This document shows, in pieces, positions 24,016 to 38,604 of a stretch of DNA of 64,000 bases. The position numbers and the translations under genes are program-made. Numbering within the stretch: position 1 is the stretch's first letter; each line of letters begins with the position of its first letter. Location: positions 37,016,001-37,080,000 of the forward strand of contig NC_045697.1 of the NCBI RefSeq assembly GCF_009834535.1, in the 5' to 3' direction. Source of the DNA: Camelus ferus (Eukaryota). The notes beneath the pieces are model-generated. The model saw only the letters and a list, made by a program, of their open reading frames with translations, made no database searches and was not told where the DNA came from.

Positions 24016-26529
24016 ATGAGCAACGTGTAATATTTTATCTCATTTAAAAACACAAAGGCAAATGTGAAATGTTCAGACTTGACAAACTCTGGCTAATTAA
24101 TGGGTATATGAATGTTTTCTACAGTATCCTCTGTGGTTTGCTTTTCAAACTACACGTGGTAAAGTTTTTTTCTTTTAAAATTTCCAATCCATTATAGCCT
24201 AGTATCTTTGTAAATATAATAAAAATTACTATCTAGAAAAGTGAAACAAAAAACCCAAAGACAAAAAAATAGGTCCCCTAATTTTTATCATTAGAGTCAA
24301 CAGACATAAGGTGACTGAAATGGCTATGAAAGTTTCTAAACGCTTTCTCTCAGTTTCCACACGCTTCTTGTTGTTGACCAGAGCACAGTTGTATAAACAA
24401 GCAGCCCATCCTGCCCACAGTTTGAGTAGTGCCGTAGCCCAGACTTTTCTCCTGCTTGACGTGCAATATATGTAAAAAAAAAAAAAAAAAAAAAAAAAGA
24501 TTAAAAAAAGTCATAAACCAAGGGCCTGGCTTCTACTTTGAAAAGACACAGGTGTACTCTTGAATGGTGGATGTCTAGGTGAGGACTCTGGGTTGCCTTT
24601 TGCAGGCATTTATTCCACTATCAGAATACCTTGCCAAAAAATAATGGTGTTTAGGGACTGGTGAGGCTGCTCTGATCTTGATTTCCCAGAATCTAGGGAG
24701 GAAAGGAGGAAGGAGGGAGAAGATGAGAATGGCATGGCGGCAGGGTGGCAGACCAGAGCCATTAGAAAGCCTCCTACAAAACCGGAGAAGGTCTGTGTGG
24801 GGAGGAAGAGTGCACACACTTGGATTCTATTGGAAAAGCTGCCTGTGTGTCTCTGGAGCTTCCGTAAATGAGACCAGCTCCTTCCCAGTCCTGGTCTCAG
24901 TTCCTGAGTCTGAGTCACTGATGAGGGCTGGCGGCTGCTCTGAAAACCCCACCTTTGGCTCATTGGGATGCAGACCCCGCCAGTTCCCTGCGAGTCTTGT
25001 CTTCTGTCATCTGTGCAGAGATTTGACAGTCCCTGTTGTTCCTGGGACCCTTGTAAACAAAACCCTGGTGGAAGAGGAAAGATAAGGAACAGATGTGATC
25101 ATCACAATCTGAAAAACAAAACGAACCAAAACGGTTTTCTCCACTGGCCAGTATGAATAGGGCTCAGGCCAGCTTGCTATGGAGTTTGACTTCCTGGCAT
25201 GGGCGCTCTGAGTGCGCAGTGAGCGTCCTCAGCACAGAAAGAACTGGGCTCACGTCTGTGTTTCCTTTGAAGGTGTATGTTTTCAGAGCAGCTGTTTTCA
25301 TTTTAAAAAGTGTCAGGCTTTCCCCAGGAGCCTCAAAGATTGTTTCTTTAAAGTGTGAGTTTTCCAGCAAAATATTTACCAGAATTTTTTTAAAGTACAT
25401 TTAACTTGGAATTTTCCATAATAGTTGCAAGTATTTTTTTTTAATGAACTTTTTAGTGCATCCATGTGGAAAAGATTATTTTTTATATTTCCTCTGCTAG
25501 AAGGCTTCAGATTGCATTTTCCTTCAGGCTAATGGTGTTGCTTGCTATTGGTGGCTGACAAGCCATCTTGAGTGGTGGCTTGAGAATCTTCTAGAGGCCA
25601 GGGTGAGGCCCGGACACCACTCCCAGGTGGTCTGAGAGCAGGGTGTTCAGAAGCCAACTCCTAGCATTTGGGTCTGGAATCATTTCTTAGAGCAGTACAG
25701 CTTGTTATATGGGACTGTTTTCCTTCCAATGTATGAACTGGGATTGTTGGCTGCATGTGCTCATTAAGAAAACCCATGTCACTTGTCACAAGTGTAAAAA
25801 GAATGTTTTAAATGTTGCTGGAAAACTTTCAGCTCGTTCATGTCCCTGCCTGGGTCCTCTCTGTGATTTTCCCTGTTCCTCCCCTGCCAAGGTGCCAAGT
25901 GGAGTTCTTTCTGATGCAGAATGATTGCGAGGTTTCAACCAGGTAATGGATGAAGTCATCCATGTGGATGACTAACATTGTAAAGTTCTTCAGGAATGGG
26001 TTGAGGGGGGTTCCTGGGCTGGGTTTCTGCTAGTGTGGCCAAGAAATGAGATTTATAACAACCCCTCAAGGACTTAATACTCTCAAGGCCATGCCCCCAG
26101 TGGAATTTATTAAATACAGAGGCTTATTCTAAAGCAAAGACCTTGATGGGTATAAAGGTAGAGGAGGGTAAAAAAAAAAAAAAAATACCAGCCTTTATTT
26201 CTAAATATTTATTCAGGACAGGATTTTTCCTAAGGAACCTCAATTCATACGAAATTTTTCTGATGCTGTTTGAGCCTATTTATTTTAATTTCTAATTACA
26301 GCAGAAAATGTCTAATGAGATCCTTCTGCATTTGTAGCTAACATGGCTATGAACACCACCAACTGAAGACTTTGAAACTGTTCCGCATTCCTTAGGATAT
26401 TTTCATCAGTTTTTGCCTCTTCCTTCTATGTTTATTTTGTGAAAGAAGCTAGCACTAGTATTGAAACAATGGCATAATGGAAAACTAACTCTAGGCAATA
26501 AGTATTAACTGGCATTCAAAATAATATGA

Positions 26530-27660
26530 TTCCTAAGAGAGTCAAAAGACAAGCCACAGATTGGGAGAAGTTGTTTGCAAACATATTTGATAAAGGACTT
26601 GTATCCAAAAAATACAAGGAAATCTTAAAACTCAGCAATAAAAAAGCAAACAATCCAGTTAAAAAATAGGCAGAAAATCTGGAAATCCACCAAAGAAGAT
26701 AAACAGATGGACTAAGCATATGAAAAGGTGCTTGACATCTATCTATACCATTAGGGAAAATTGAAAATTAAAAAAACAACAATGAGATATCACTATACAC
26801 TTCTTAGAATGGTGAAAATTGAAAACACTGACAACACCAAATGCTAGTGAGGATGTGGAGCAACAGGAACTCTCATTCCTTTTTAGTAGGAATGCAAAAC
26901 AGTACAGCCATTTTGGAAGACCGTTTGGCAGTCTCTTACAAAGTTAAACATAGTCTTACCAAATGGTCCAGCAACCACGCTCCTAGGTGTGTACCCAAAT
27001 GGAAACTTATGTTCATACAAAATCCTGTACACAAATATTTATAGCAGCTTTATTCATAATTGGTTGGAAACAACGAAGGTACTTGTGACAGGCAAATGAA
27101 TAAACAAACTGTGGAACATTATGCAGTGGAATATTATTCAATCATAAAAAGAATGAGCTATCAACTCATGAAAAGACATGGAGGAAATTTAAAGGTGTAT
27201 TTCTAAGTGAAAGTAACTGATCTATAAAGGCTACATACTTTATGATTTAAACTATATGATATTCTGGAAAAGGCAAAACTACAGAGACAGTAAAAAGATC
27301 AGTGGTTGCCAGGGGTTGAGAGGTGTGGAAGTGAGGAATGAATAGGTGAAGCACAGAGGATTTTTAGGCTGGCAAAACTATTCTGTATGATACTATAATG
27401 GTGAACACATGACAGTGTGCATTTGTCAAAAGCCACAGAAATATATGACAGAATGAATTGTAATATAAACTATGGCTTTTATTAATAATAATACATCAAT
27501 ATTGGTTCATCAATTGGCCACACTAATGTAAGATGTTAATGATAGGGGAAATGGTTTGTCTGTATGGGAGGGGTATATGGGAACTCTGTATTATCTGCTC
27601 ACTTTTTCTGTAAACCTAAAACTATCCTAAAAAGTTATGTCTATTAATTAAAAACAACAA
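26530..27660 (+). mobile_element. L1MC/MD-like ORF2 end and 3'UTR
   Basis: aaaagacaagccacagattgggag, gaggatgtggagcaacaggaactctcatt, attctggaaaaggcaaaact, tgtaaacctaaaact. Confidence 0.85.
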
Positions 27661-27884
27661 CAAAGATGATATGACCCAAAGTAGCCAGTTTTCATCATAA
27701 AGGAGAACTCTGTCTTCTGCTACATCTCATTTCTGTACTGGTTACCTGAGGGCTCTTGGCTACGAGGTGCCCAGTAAAGACTATCGAGTGAATACGTTCA
27801 CCAAGGTGTAGGCAATAAAACTCTACTCTCATGTCTTTATGCTCTATTTAAACAGATAAATCTTGAACAAATGCAAACCACTGT

Positions 27885-28120
27885 AGTAACAGTTAATATG
27901 TGTGGACCATCCAATGTCTGCCAGGCATTTTTCTAGACCCTTAATATGCTGTAATTCATTCTGTCCTCAGAGCAACCCTGTGAAATAGTTACGTGTTTTA
28001 CAGGTGAAGAAACTTGACCACGGAGAGTTTATGTAATTTGTCCAAGGTTACAGGACCAATAAGTGATAGAATCAGTTTCTGAACCCAGAAAGTCTAGCTC
28101 AGGAGGCCACGCTCTTTTGA
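27885..28120 (-). mobile_element. MIR SINE
   Basis: ttttacaggtgaagaaact...tttgtccaaggttaca...tgaacccag. Confidence 0.7.
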
Positions 28121-28194
28121 CAATTCTGCTAAAATAGGAGCTGTGGGAATAAGGACATGTAGCAGCAGGGACCTTTTATTCTTGTAGATACCTG

Positions 28195-28298
28195 TTCCTT
28201 AGCAACGGGCCTGGCACATGGTAAACAATGTAGAAACTATGTTTGTTGAATGAATGAGTAAATGAATGAACAAATGAGTGAGTGAATGAATGAATGAA
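28195..28298 (+). mobile_element. L2 3' end with (TGAA)n tail
   Basis: gcctggcacatggta...tgttgaatgaatga repeats. Confidence 0.7.
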
Positions 28299-31200
28299 AA
28301 CCATAGTAACGTGAAGAGAATGGAAATCTGAGAATGGGATGTGATTCCGTGTGCCTGTTATTTTTGCTTGGGATTAATTCGCAGACCTTCTCCGCTGGGA
28401 TCCTGGCTGACATACACTTGTGGGGTTGACTGGATTATATAATTGCTGTTTTCTGTCTCTGACTACTGTGATTATGACTCAAGTAGTGGATACATTTACG
28501 GTGCTATGTAAATAATAATTATTTTAATTATGGTTTGACCTGTACGATATATTCTAACAACATGGCTGACTGTGCATTTGTGTATATGCACTCTTGAGAG
28601 TGGTGGAAAAAGTCTCCTATTATGAAAGTACAAAGGAATCTCCCCTCTATGCCTGTGGTAATTTTAGAATTATAACATAGAGAAGTACAATACCACTGTA
28701 ATTATAGCAAGTCTGCAGAAAGAAATGGCTTTGAAATAGTATATAATCTAAGTGTATTGCATTTTGATAATATAAAGTTTGATTTTATTGGCAATATTTT
28801 ATTTTTGATGCCGGGAAAAACTAGTAATGGCAATTTTTCAGGCTCTCTATAATAGTATGAAAGTGCCTCGTAGATTAAAGTGCAATTTAAGCAACATAGT
28901 TTGTGTACGGTGCTTAGCCAAGTGCCTGGCATGTAGTAAGTGCTCAGTAAGTACTAGGTATGGTGACAGCATACAGTCTAAGTAAGTGTTCGATGCAAAC
29001 GATGTGCTGTATGCATTTTTAAAATGATCTTCACAAAGAACTCAAATTTGATCCACATGGCACCTAGGAGATCTTTATCAATGACAGTGACATTATTTTT
29101 TGCACTTGAAATGCACAAGGGACCATCTTAGACATTGGAGGGGGTGGAGAATGGTTGGGGCCCATGGGCAGGACCCAAAGGTGCACAGCAGAGTACCTGC
29201 TTCTGGGGAATGTACAATGAAGTGAAAGAGACAAGACACTCATGGACAGTCATAGAGCTCTCAGTACTCAACGACGTGCCAGGCACAGTTCTAAGTGCTT
29301 TGCTCGTGCTGCCCCATCACGTCTTCACACAGGTGAGGAAATGGAGGCTCAGGAAAGGTAAGTGAGGTGTCACAGACAGCAAGCAGCAGATTCTAGTCTA
29401 GGCTGTCTGATCCAGAGTCCGCTCTCCTGACCTGACATTAAAGTGCCCTCCCCCTTAAGGGTATGCAAATAGCAGTAATACCAGAATAACCTTCAGGGAC
29501 GGGTGAGAAAACCCACTGTGGGAACATTCTAGCCAAGCAATTGGGAAGACTTCTCCAAGGATGGGAATTTGAGTTGCATTTTGGAAGATTTGGGGAACAG
29601 AATATCAAGTAAGAGAGAACAGCTTCCTGGAGACAGACACACACCCTCCCACACACCCCCATTCTGGGGTAAGCTCCTCCTCTGAGCTCCTCTATCAACT
29701 CTGCTGTAACCCGAAGTACCTTTTACACCACTGCCTGTTTAGCTGTCCTTCCCCTTGTTAAATATAAGCTCTTTGAGGACAGAGATCTGCCTGCCTGGAC
29801 ATTCTCTGTATTCTATGCACCTAGGAGACCCTCAAGGATTTACTGATATGATCTCCCACCAAATTTTTTTTCCCTGAAATTAGCTACTTAACACAACAAA
29901 ATGAGTACATTTAATTTAAAATACCATATGCCCTACAGAAATGCCTGTTTATATAGTGTGAAGATATGTTGAACATGCAGCTCATTATTTGAAACATACT
30001 TTCGTGGCTAAATCAGTAGGATTACTGGAGCCAAAGTAAACCTTTTAAATGTACATGCCATGAGGGATGAATGCCTTCCAATTATCTGGAAAGTTAATTT
30101 TAAACGAAAATGACAATAAAGCCTGCTCTTGTTCTCATTTGAATACTCTGTACTTTCCGTTCTCCTCACATCCAGAGGGTGCTTAGCCTCTCCGGTCCAG
30201 CAGGAAACTTACAACAGTGGTTGTCAGATGGGTGCTATTAGATGAAGTAGACAATAGAGGGAAATCAGGTGAGCACAAGAGAGGCTGAACATATTTAAGA
30301 CATGCACAAAATTACCAACTTATCATCATTAATGTATTCTCAAAATTCTTGCCAGGAACACTAATTTTTGCATTATCAAATTCTGTCCCCGTTGTTACTG
30401 AAATGTTAGAATATTTGAAGCATGTTCTTTCTTACACCAAAGTTACTGAGCCAGCTGACCCCTAACGCCTACACCACTCCCCAGGAATTATGTAAGCCCT
30501 TGAGAAAAGGGCGTTCCCTCTTGGAAGACATTAGGATGCTTCTTGCGGGTATGGAGGGTTATTTGATTCTTTAAAACATTTTATTTCCTGGAATACCCAC
30601 ACCTTCCCCCAGGGACTAAGACATTTTACCTCTCTTTAGGTAAACTCTGTCTTTTTCTGGCAATTCCTCACTCATGGGCAAGCTTTGGGCTGCTTGCCTA
30701 AACGTTGTCGGTTCATCCGTCAAGCCCACTTCTGGTCATGTTTTTTCTGTGCACCTGCTTCCTTCAGTGGATGTCAAAACTCCACACTCAAAGATGATAT
30801 TAAACACTACTTAACTCATAGTCTGAAATAGGCTGGAGTCATTCACTTGTTCTTTTGATAAACATTCGGTGAGTGTCCTGTCTGCCAGGCACAGGGGCTA
30901 GAGTAGTTTATGAAGCAGACGAGTTCCCAGTTTTCATAAACTTTACAGTCTAATGGGAGAGATAGAGAGAGAGGGAAAAAAAGGAAACACATGTGTAACA
31001 ACAAACTGCTTTAAGCACTGTGTGATTAGCTCTGTGAAGGGAAGAGTATGAGAGAGGGGTCGGGGACTCACTAAGGACAAGGACAGACTTTAAATCTGAG
31101 ATTTAAAGGGTTGTCAGGAAGAGTTGGGAAGAAGGTGGGATAGAGTGAGGTTTTGCAGGCTTAGAGAGAGCGGTATGCAGGTCCAGAGTGGGAAACAGCT

Positions 31201-31369
31201 TGATAAATTTTAAGAAGGAAAAGACTAGTGTACAAAAAGAGAAAGAGTGATATGCAGTGACACTGGAGGGGTTCGTGGGGTCATATTTATGAGTCTGGGT
31301 TTTGTTTTAAATTCAATGAGAAGACTCTTAAGTGGGAAGGGAAACTGGTCAGATTTATGAAAGAGCACA

Positions 31370-31990
31370 CTACCCATGAAAATGGCTCAAATTAAACAAA
31401 CATAAACATCAAGTGCTGGCAAGGATACAAAGCAAATGGAATGCTCACACCTTGCTAGTGAGAACATAAATTGGTACAACTACTTGGGAAATTGGCAGTA
31501 TTTACTAAAACATGCACACCCAACAGAAATGCACACGTGGAGTCAGGCATGAGAATGTTTACAGCAGTATTACCCTTGATGCCTAAAAACTGGAAACTGT
31601 TCAAGTATCCATCAACAGTAGAACGAGTAAATAAATTGTGGCAAATTCACAAAATGGAACACGTCCCAGAAATGAGCATAAACAAATTACAACTGCAAGC
31701 AACATGGATGAATACCATTAACAAAATGTTGAGTGAAAGGAACCAGAAACAGAATGTATATATGATTCTCTTTATCTAAAGTTTTAAAGCCACCTGTGAT
31801 GTTGGAAATTAGGACATGGGTACATTTGGAAGGCAGGCAGCATGGAAAAGGGTGTGAAGGGGTTACTGAGATACTGATCACAAGTGTGTTCGTTTTATGT
31901 AAAATCACTGAGTTATACAGTATGGCTTGTGTTCTTTTTGTATGTATGTTATATTTCAACAACATATATATTTCATTTGCATAAAAATTA
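31370..31990 (+). mobile_element. L1ME-like fragment inserted in an antisense L2 (~30840-32330)
   Basis: caagtgctggcaagga, ttggtacaactacttgg, gaatgtttacagcag, caacatggatgaat motifs. Confidence 0.65.
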
Positions 31991-32335
31991 AGAATTTACA
32001 TTTTAAAAGGAGCATGCTGACCGTTGTGCAGAGGATGAATTGACAGTAGGCATGAGCAGATACAGAGAAGCAACTGGAGGGTGATTCCTAGTGAGAGGAC
32101 TCTCTTGGGACCAGGTGGACAGAGTGGAGATTGAGAGGAAAGAACAGATTTGAGATACTCTTAGAAGGTAAAAATCAATAAAACTTGCTAATGGCCTGAA
32201 TATGGGGATAAGGGAGAAGAAAGAAGAAAATGAACTCCTAGATTTGGGACCTGGGCAACTGAGGGCTGGCTGGCTGGCGTCATTATCTGAGATGGGAAAG
32301 ACTAGGGGAGAATCAAGTTTGGGTGAAAATCTTAA

Positions 32336-32575
32336 GTTTTTTTTTAATTTCAGTATAGTCAGTTTACAATGTTGTGTCGATTTCTGGACTACAGCATAAT
32401 GTTTCGGTCATATAAATACATGTGTATTCCTTTTCATATTCTTTTTCATTATAGGTTACTACAAGATATTGAATATAGTTGCCTGTGCTATATAGCATAA
32501 ACTTGTTTATCTATTTTATACGTAGTAGTTAGTATCTGCAAATCTTGAATTCCCTTTTTATCCCTTCCCACCCCG
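32336..32575 (-). mobile_element. Cetartiodactyl-type L1 3' end
   Basis: tatagtcagtttacaatgttgtgt...ataggttactacaagatattgaatatagtt. Confidence 0.8.
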
Positions 32576-34564
32576 TAAAATCTATAGTTTGTGAATGAAG
32601 ATTTCCCACCACCTCTACTGATGCAAGGCTGGATCCCCAGGGAATTGGAGAAGGTCAAAATGGTTCGGAACACTTGGAGCCTTGCCAGTCCTGAACTCTC
32701 TGGATGGAAAAAGGAGGACCATTCCTACTCAGAATGACATACTCTCTTCCTGGGAGTCCACCGTCTATCAAATTTCTTCCCATCCCTGTAGCTCTGGATC
32801 TAACAAACTCCTGCCACCAGGAAGGTGGCAAGGATATTCTCAGCATTACTCTCCTAGCCAGAAAGTAGAAAATTCCCATCTCTTCCCCTAAGGTCATAGA
32901 AAGTTGAAATTAAGACTTTTACTTGTAAAGAAAGGAAAGGAACCCAAATACCCACCAGAGGACATGAGGGAAGAAAAAGTGAAAAAGAGTGTTTTCTGAG
33001 TTGTCCAGGTTCAACCCAAACAATGGATGTTGAAAGATCTGCAGAGCTAGAGTGGCTGGGTGCAGGCTAGGTGTCCAGGCAAGGCTGGGAAGCGCAACAG
33101 GCTTTATAGGCGATGCCAAGGATTCTGGAACTTGGTCTTGTTGTACTGGAGGACTACTGAAAGGCTTTGAGTAGCGCAGTCCGGTTTGCATTTTAGATGG
33201 CTGTGTAGGGCAGCAGATAAGCTAGCATATTCAGAAACACTTTCAGAAGGTGTAAAATGGCATGGCAGTATGGGGTCATTTACAATGGATTGGAAAAACA
33301 GAAATTAAAGAAAAGTGACGTGACAGTGTAACTGAATAGACTTCAATTTAAAAAATTAAATAGAGAATGTATTTTTAAAAAAATAAAAGTGACCCATCTT
33401 TCCAGTGGTTTGTCGGGATTTTGAAAGTTCAAAATAACTATAACATTTATTTTTCATCCAACCTTCAGGTAATAATGTAGACTCAGGGCATTTGTCTTCT
33501 GGATGGTATATGTGATGGAGCTATAAGGGTGAGCCATTTGTCTCACAGCATTAGAGTGAAACTTGTAATGGTCACGGGAGGGCTGTGCATTTTAAGCAGT
33601 CATCTGGGCAGGTCACTGTGTTCAGAGACCAGCAGCACCCATCAGAAAAGCTCTTCTCTCTTCCAGGTAGGGTGGGGGCAGGGAATTCTTGAGTGGCCAA
33701 TTCTACTTTCTCAAGTGTTATTGGAGTCTTAAGGGAAAGCAAACAGAACTCAGGCAGATAAGATAACCACTACTTGAAGCATGAGCCTGCAGTTTTAAAT
33801 TGTCTTTTATTGGGAAATACAGTCAATCTCATTTAAAGGCCAGGACAAAAGTTAAATATTTAAGCACCTTGCGATAGACAATTCACTTATTAAGTATGCA
33901 GAATTGATGTGAATTTCTGCCTGCAATAAGAGGCTAGTTTAATATGCTAGATATTAGGTTAAACTGTATTAATTCCTGATATCCAGTTGTTTGTGGACCT
34001 AGAGAAACAGCAGTTACAAATGCCAGAGTTGTCAAATCTAATCCTGATTCTGGCAAATTCAGGTGACCCACAGGAATCCGAAGGAATTTATATTAGCCAT
34101 TCCTTACTTTTTGCGTGTGTGATAGTCTGGTGTGTATTTAATTATCCAAGGAGTGTTGAAATATATCTTAAAAACAGATTTACTTTCATGTATTTTACAA
34201 ATAAAATCATGCCATTGCACCCTTATTTAGTAGAAGATGGGTTAGTAGTAGAGAATGAAATTCAAAGATTGGAAGTCATCACAATCATATCTGAGTTCAA
34301 CCAGAATGGAATAGGTATTGGATCTGAATGATCACGATTCTTCTTAAAGATGTGTGCATGTGTCACTTTAATTTCTAATGCTGTGAGACAAGTATTTGTG
34401 TCTGTGGTAACATGACTTAACCATCAAAACGTGAGTCTATCAGCTGGATATATCACTTTGGTTCAATTGACCTTAACACTCCTAAGTTACATAAGGGAGC
34501 TAACCCACAGTCACGATATCAGGTTTTTCACAGGTCTGCCATGGAAAATTATTTGATAAGAAAT

Positions 34565-34737
34565 ATTGGCTGGTACAAACTATTATGTACAGAATAAACA
34601 ACGAGGTCCTACTGTACAGCACAGGGAACTATATTCAAAGGCTTATAGTAATGTGTAATGAAAAAGAATATGTGTATATATACGTTTAACTGAATCACTA
34701 TGCTATACACTAGAAACTAACACAATATTGTAAAAAA
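34565..34737 (+). mobile_element. Cetartiodactyl-type L1 3' end
   Basis: ggtcctactgtacagcacagggaactatattcaa...aactgaatcactatgc. Confidence 0.8.
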
Positions 34738-35690
34738 ATTTTTTTAAGTTTTTCCCTGATGCCTTCCAATTTTAGAGTACCGTCTTCCTGGGAGAGCTTC
34801 GGAAAGTTAAATCTTTTGGCTTCTCGATGCAGGAGAATTTTGTGAAAAATTTACTGTTTTTGCGGTAATAAATGCAGATCTTACTAGGACATTCCTCGCC
34901 AGCAGCTAAAGTTTTTGTTTCGGTGTTTGAGAATTCCAGCGACAGATGCAGACTGAGCATTATGAGGCACTGATTTTTGTTAGAGCAGCTCATTTTGGGC
35001 ATTTCAAATTTGAGTTGAACTTACGTTCAGGTCTTGAGTTGTCTCTTTGAAGTTCCTGGGGGACTGCTGGATTTCAGTCTGCTCTAATGTTGGCCACAAA
35101 GTCAGGGGCTCTCAGCGCCTGCTTCTGATGGGGTGCATCCCCGACACCCGGATGCCTTTGCTGAAGCTCTTCCCTCTACCAGGGACATGTCTCTCACCTT
35201 TCTTCCCTGCTTATTTCTACTCACTCTTCAAATCTTAGCACACAGCTCCAGGAAGGCTTCCCCAGTCTCTGAGGTTTGGCAAAGTGCCTCGATTCCGTGC
35301 ATTCACGGCCTTACAATCCGTACCTCGGTGTTATCACTGAATTTTTCACGGAAATTACCTGTCGACCTAGCACAGAGCCTGACACTTGGTTGGGGATGCA
35401 AACTGTCCTTTCAATTACTTCTTGCGCCCTCCTCCCCTCCCCGTTGTACTGATGCGTAAAACTTAATATTTCAAGGATGACGCCAGACAGGGTCAGACCT
35501 GCTGGTGGAACCTCAGCTTGCTGAGGGCTGGACTGGAACTGAACCGCTTTCTAGGGGTGACTGGGGAGTCTTGGGGAAGGGAGAGGCCCTGATCTGGCTT
35601 CTTTCCAGAACACTGGGGAACACTTGGCTTGGTTTCAGGCACTAATTGTGGACGCACCCAGAGCAGGCTGAGATTCTGAGCTGGCCTCTT

Positions 35691-35704
35691 GCGCCCTCTG
35701 GTGG
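35691..35704 (-). promoter_or_regulatory. CTCF core motif CCACCAGAGGGCGC
   Basis: gcgccctctggtgg on + strand is a consensus CTCF core. Confidence 0.65.
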
Positions 35705-37347
35705 TTTCAAATCACAGCTGAGCAGAGATAGAGCTCAACGGACTGGCTGGGTTTTGGCCAAGCAGGAATCAGCATTAACCATTTAGGCTTTTACCACACA
35801 GTGAAGTCATTTCATAAATACGTTTAGGGAGCAATAAAATAATTAACCAAATGCACACAGTAAGGAACTTGGGACCTCTCATGGGATCCCTGTAGGGCCT
35901 TGGGTCCTTTATTTTGTAGCGCACACTCTAACAGTCTGTATCTACCCAGTGGATAATTGAAAATGTGCCTTAATCAAAGGCGATCACTCTGTCATTGTCA
36001 GCCTGTGAAACATTAGCTCCGGGAGCTGGATGACAGTATATGTTTCTCTATCTCCCCAAGACAACTCCACCCCCCAGATGACCAAGAAACCAGCTTTGCG
36101 ACTGTCACAAGAGTCTCGATTATATTCAAATTTTGTGATAACCAACCCCAGGGGAAACAAATTGTCTCTTCTGAGCAAGGACAGTTCCTTAGTTGAGGGT
36201 GTTCAATCATTCTGTGATTCAGTTTCAGAAGATTACTGTTCCCTTGGGGGCACTGAAAACTGTCATTTTCAGAAACAGGAGGGTGTGCTTTGCTACCTTT
36301 GTAACCACCCAAAGCATATACTTCTTGTGGGACCTACCTTTCTGAATGACTTAAAATAAGCGCAGAACATAGCTACTTTCCTCAGACTTGCCTGCAGCTT
36401 TAAATATCACTTTCCCAGGGAAGGGCCTTTGAGGCACTGGACCAGCTGAGGCCTGGGAGGCTGGCCTCCCGCAGCACCACATGACTGCAGAGCCCTCGTC
36501 AAGCCTGCCTTTTAATCAGGGCCTGGTCTGCTCTAGGCCTGTCTCCCCTCACCCTCAGTGCAGAGGTCTCGTTTGTGTCTCCAGCACAGCATCCCATGTC
36601 TCGCACAGTGCCTGGCACACGTGGTGCTGAGTAAACATCTGTGCCCTGACCCACACGATTCAGTGGGCTAAGTGCTGAGGAGACAGGCCACAGAAGGAAG
36701 CTGATTTTGATTCCTATTTTAGGGCTCTGAGGGACGCTTTCACTCAAATGGTGAGCAGAAAAATTATCTGATTAAAGACTCAATGACAGCTGGGTTGGAG
36801 GCTGAGCTGGGCACCCAGATGCCTTTGGACATCTGTAGCCACCTGAGGGCAGGGAGAGGACAAACTCTCTCAGAGTTTCGCTCATTAAATGCTTGAATCA
36901 ATCAGAAACCTTCATCTCCTTGCTTCCTGGGGCTGCATCTCTCTGCCAAGAGCCTGGTGGAAGTTGGCCTAAAGTCTGTGGATGGTTTATCTGCAGGATT
37001 GTTCTGTGACCTCAACATGTGGGCATGAAGTTGACCTTTCTGAAGGCATATTACTTTTTTTTTGAAGGCTTATTTTTAAAGCACTAAAAATCAAATGAGG
37101 ATGTAAAGATTTTGAGGATCTGGGATGCAGTAAAGACAGAAGGCCAGAAGCGTGCAGGCTGTAAGAATATAATGCAGGGTAAGAACAAGGTTATAATGAA
37201 GAATGAAAATACGAGACCAGGAGAAGGGATATAAAAAGAGAGCTAGAGTGGACTTTCTTTTGTCTCCTTCAAGTTTCCCTTTGTGTCACTGACTATCCAA
37301 AGACAAATTAAGTTGAACAAGCAGTGTGTCTGAGTGAGTGTTGTAAA

Positions 37348-37350
<3 letters not shown>

Positions 37351-37380
<30 letters not shown>
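37351..37380. repeat. (CA)n microsatellite
   Basis: About 15 CA units. Confidence 0.95.
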
Positions 37381-37382
<2 letters not shown>

Positions 37383-37579
37383 CACACACTTAGAATCCCA
37401 CAGGATCATCGTAAACGTGAGCCCATGGGCAGGGAGACATCCCGTCTCGGCAGTCTTAATGGGGATGTTGTGCAGCTGTGTATGTGTTCTCAGCCCTTCT
37501 CTCCCCAGACGCTTTTCAGTTTTGAGTAAGCATGGTTGTGTTTGTGGTTAGAACGAGCCAACCCTTTCTGACTTCATCT

Positions 37580-38030
37580 GTTAGGATCAAGCTTGGCTGC
37601 AAGTAACAGAAAAATTCAAAATAAGAGGCTTAACAAGATAGGGTTTTATTTCTTTTTCAAGAAGACAATAGGTAGTTTATCAGGGGCTGTTTGGAGCTTC
37701 ACCGGTCAGGGACCTTCCGTCTTATCGCACAGTGTGTAGTTTCCATTTTCAAGGTTGTCTTATCATCTAAGGTGGTGGCAGAAGCCTGTTAGGCCCCTGC
37801 ATTCCATCCAGCAAAAAGACTGGATTGAGTAGGATGTGCCCTGTATTATTAAGGACACTTCTTGGCAGTTGCCCCTGCAACTTCTGCTTACATCCTATTG
37901 GCCAGAACTTTTCTTCATGACTACAGCTACTTGCAAGAGAGACTATGAAAGGAAGATTTTGTCAGGAGGCAAAAAAATCTAGAGGCTCAATTACCAAGTA
38001 AGAAGGGAGAATGATCACTGGAGGACAATA
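37580..38030 (-). mobile_element. MLT1J-like LTR
   Basis: ttggctgcaagtaacagaaaa...ggcttaacaagata...acttctgcttacatcctattggccagaact. Confidence 0.7.
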
Positions 38031-38039
38031 TGCAATCTT

Positions 38040-38180
38040 TTTTTTTTAAGGTGGCTATTTTTATTGATTTATTTATTTTAAAATTATTCTTTTTTCTTTT
38101 TTTTTTGTTTTGAATTATAGTCGGTTTACAATGTTGTGTTAATTTCAGGTGTACAGCATAGTGATTGAGGTACACATACA
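38040..38180 (-). mobile_element. Short L1 3' end
   Basis: T-rich tail plus tatagtcggtttacaatgttgtgttaatttcaggtgtacagc. Confidence 0.75.
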
Positions 38181-38479
38181 TGAAATCTTTGTCCCTGGAC
38201 TCATACATAATTTTTTGTAAAGTTGACTGAAAGTGAGTCCTGCCTCAGTCCCTCCAGGGCTTAGCAGTCCACATTCGACTTCCCTCTGTCTGATTCAAAA
38301 CCCCTGCCCTCGGCCCTGGGGCCAGGGAAGCATCGCTCTTGCTAGGTTACTTGCTAGCTTCCCTGCCTCCTGGCATCGTCCAGGCTAATCTTGCCTGAAT
38401 TTCATCCCCTCTCCAGTCCTGCCCCTCCTTAAATCAATTCGAGGACTTCCAGAGAATGAAGTCCAGACTCTCAGCGTGG

Positions 38480-38604
38480 CCTGTCTTCTCATTTTCAGTT
38501 GTTTTCTCTGATCCTTCCTGGCTCCTTCTGCCTTCCTGCCTGGAGTCCATCCTTTTGAGAGAGGCTGGGACATTGGGGGGGGGGGGTAATAGCTGGGAAC
38601 CAAG
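38480..38604 (+). repeat. Local direct repeat, copy 1 (copy 2 at 39615-39732)
   Basis: About 120 bp near-identical to 39615-39732. Confidence 0.95.

Noticed and set aside
24474..24498. Orphan poly(A) run as a retrocopy tail
   Set aside because: No TSD, poly(A) signal or recognisable body upstream
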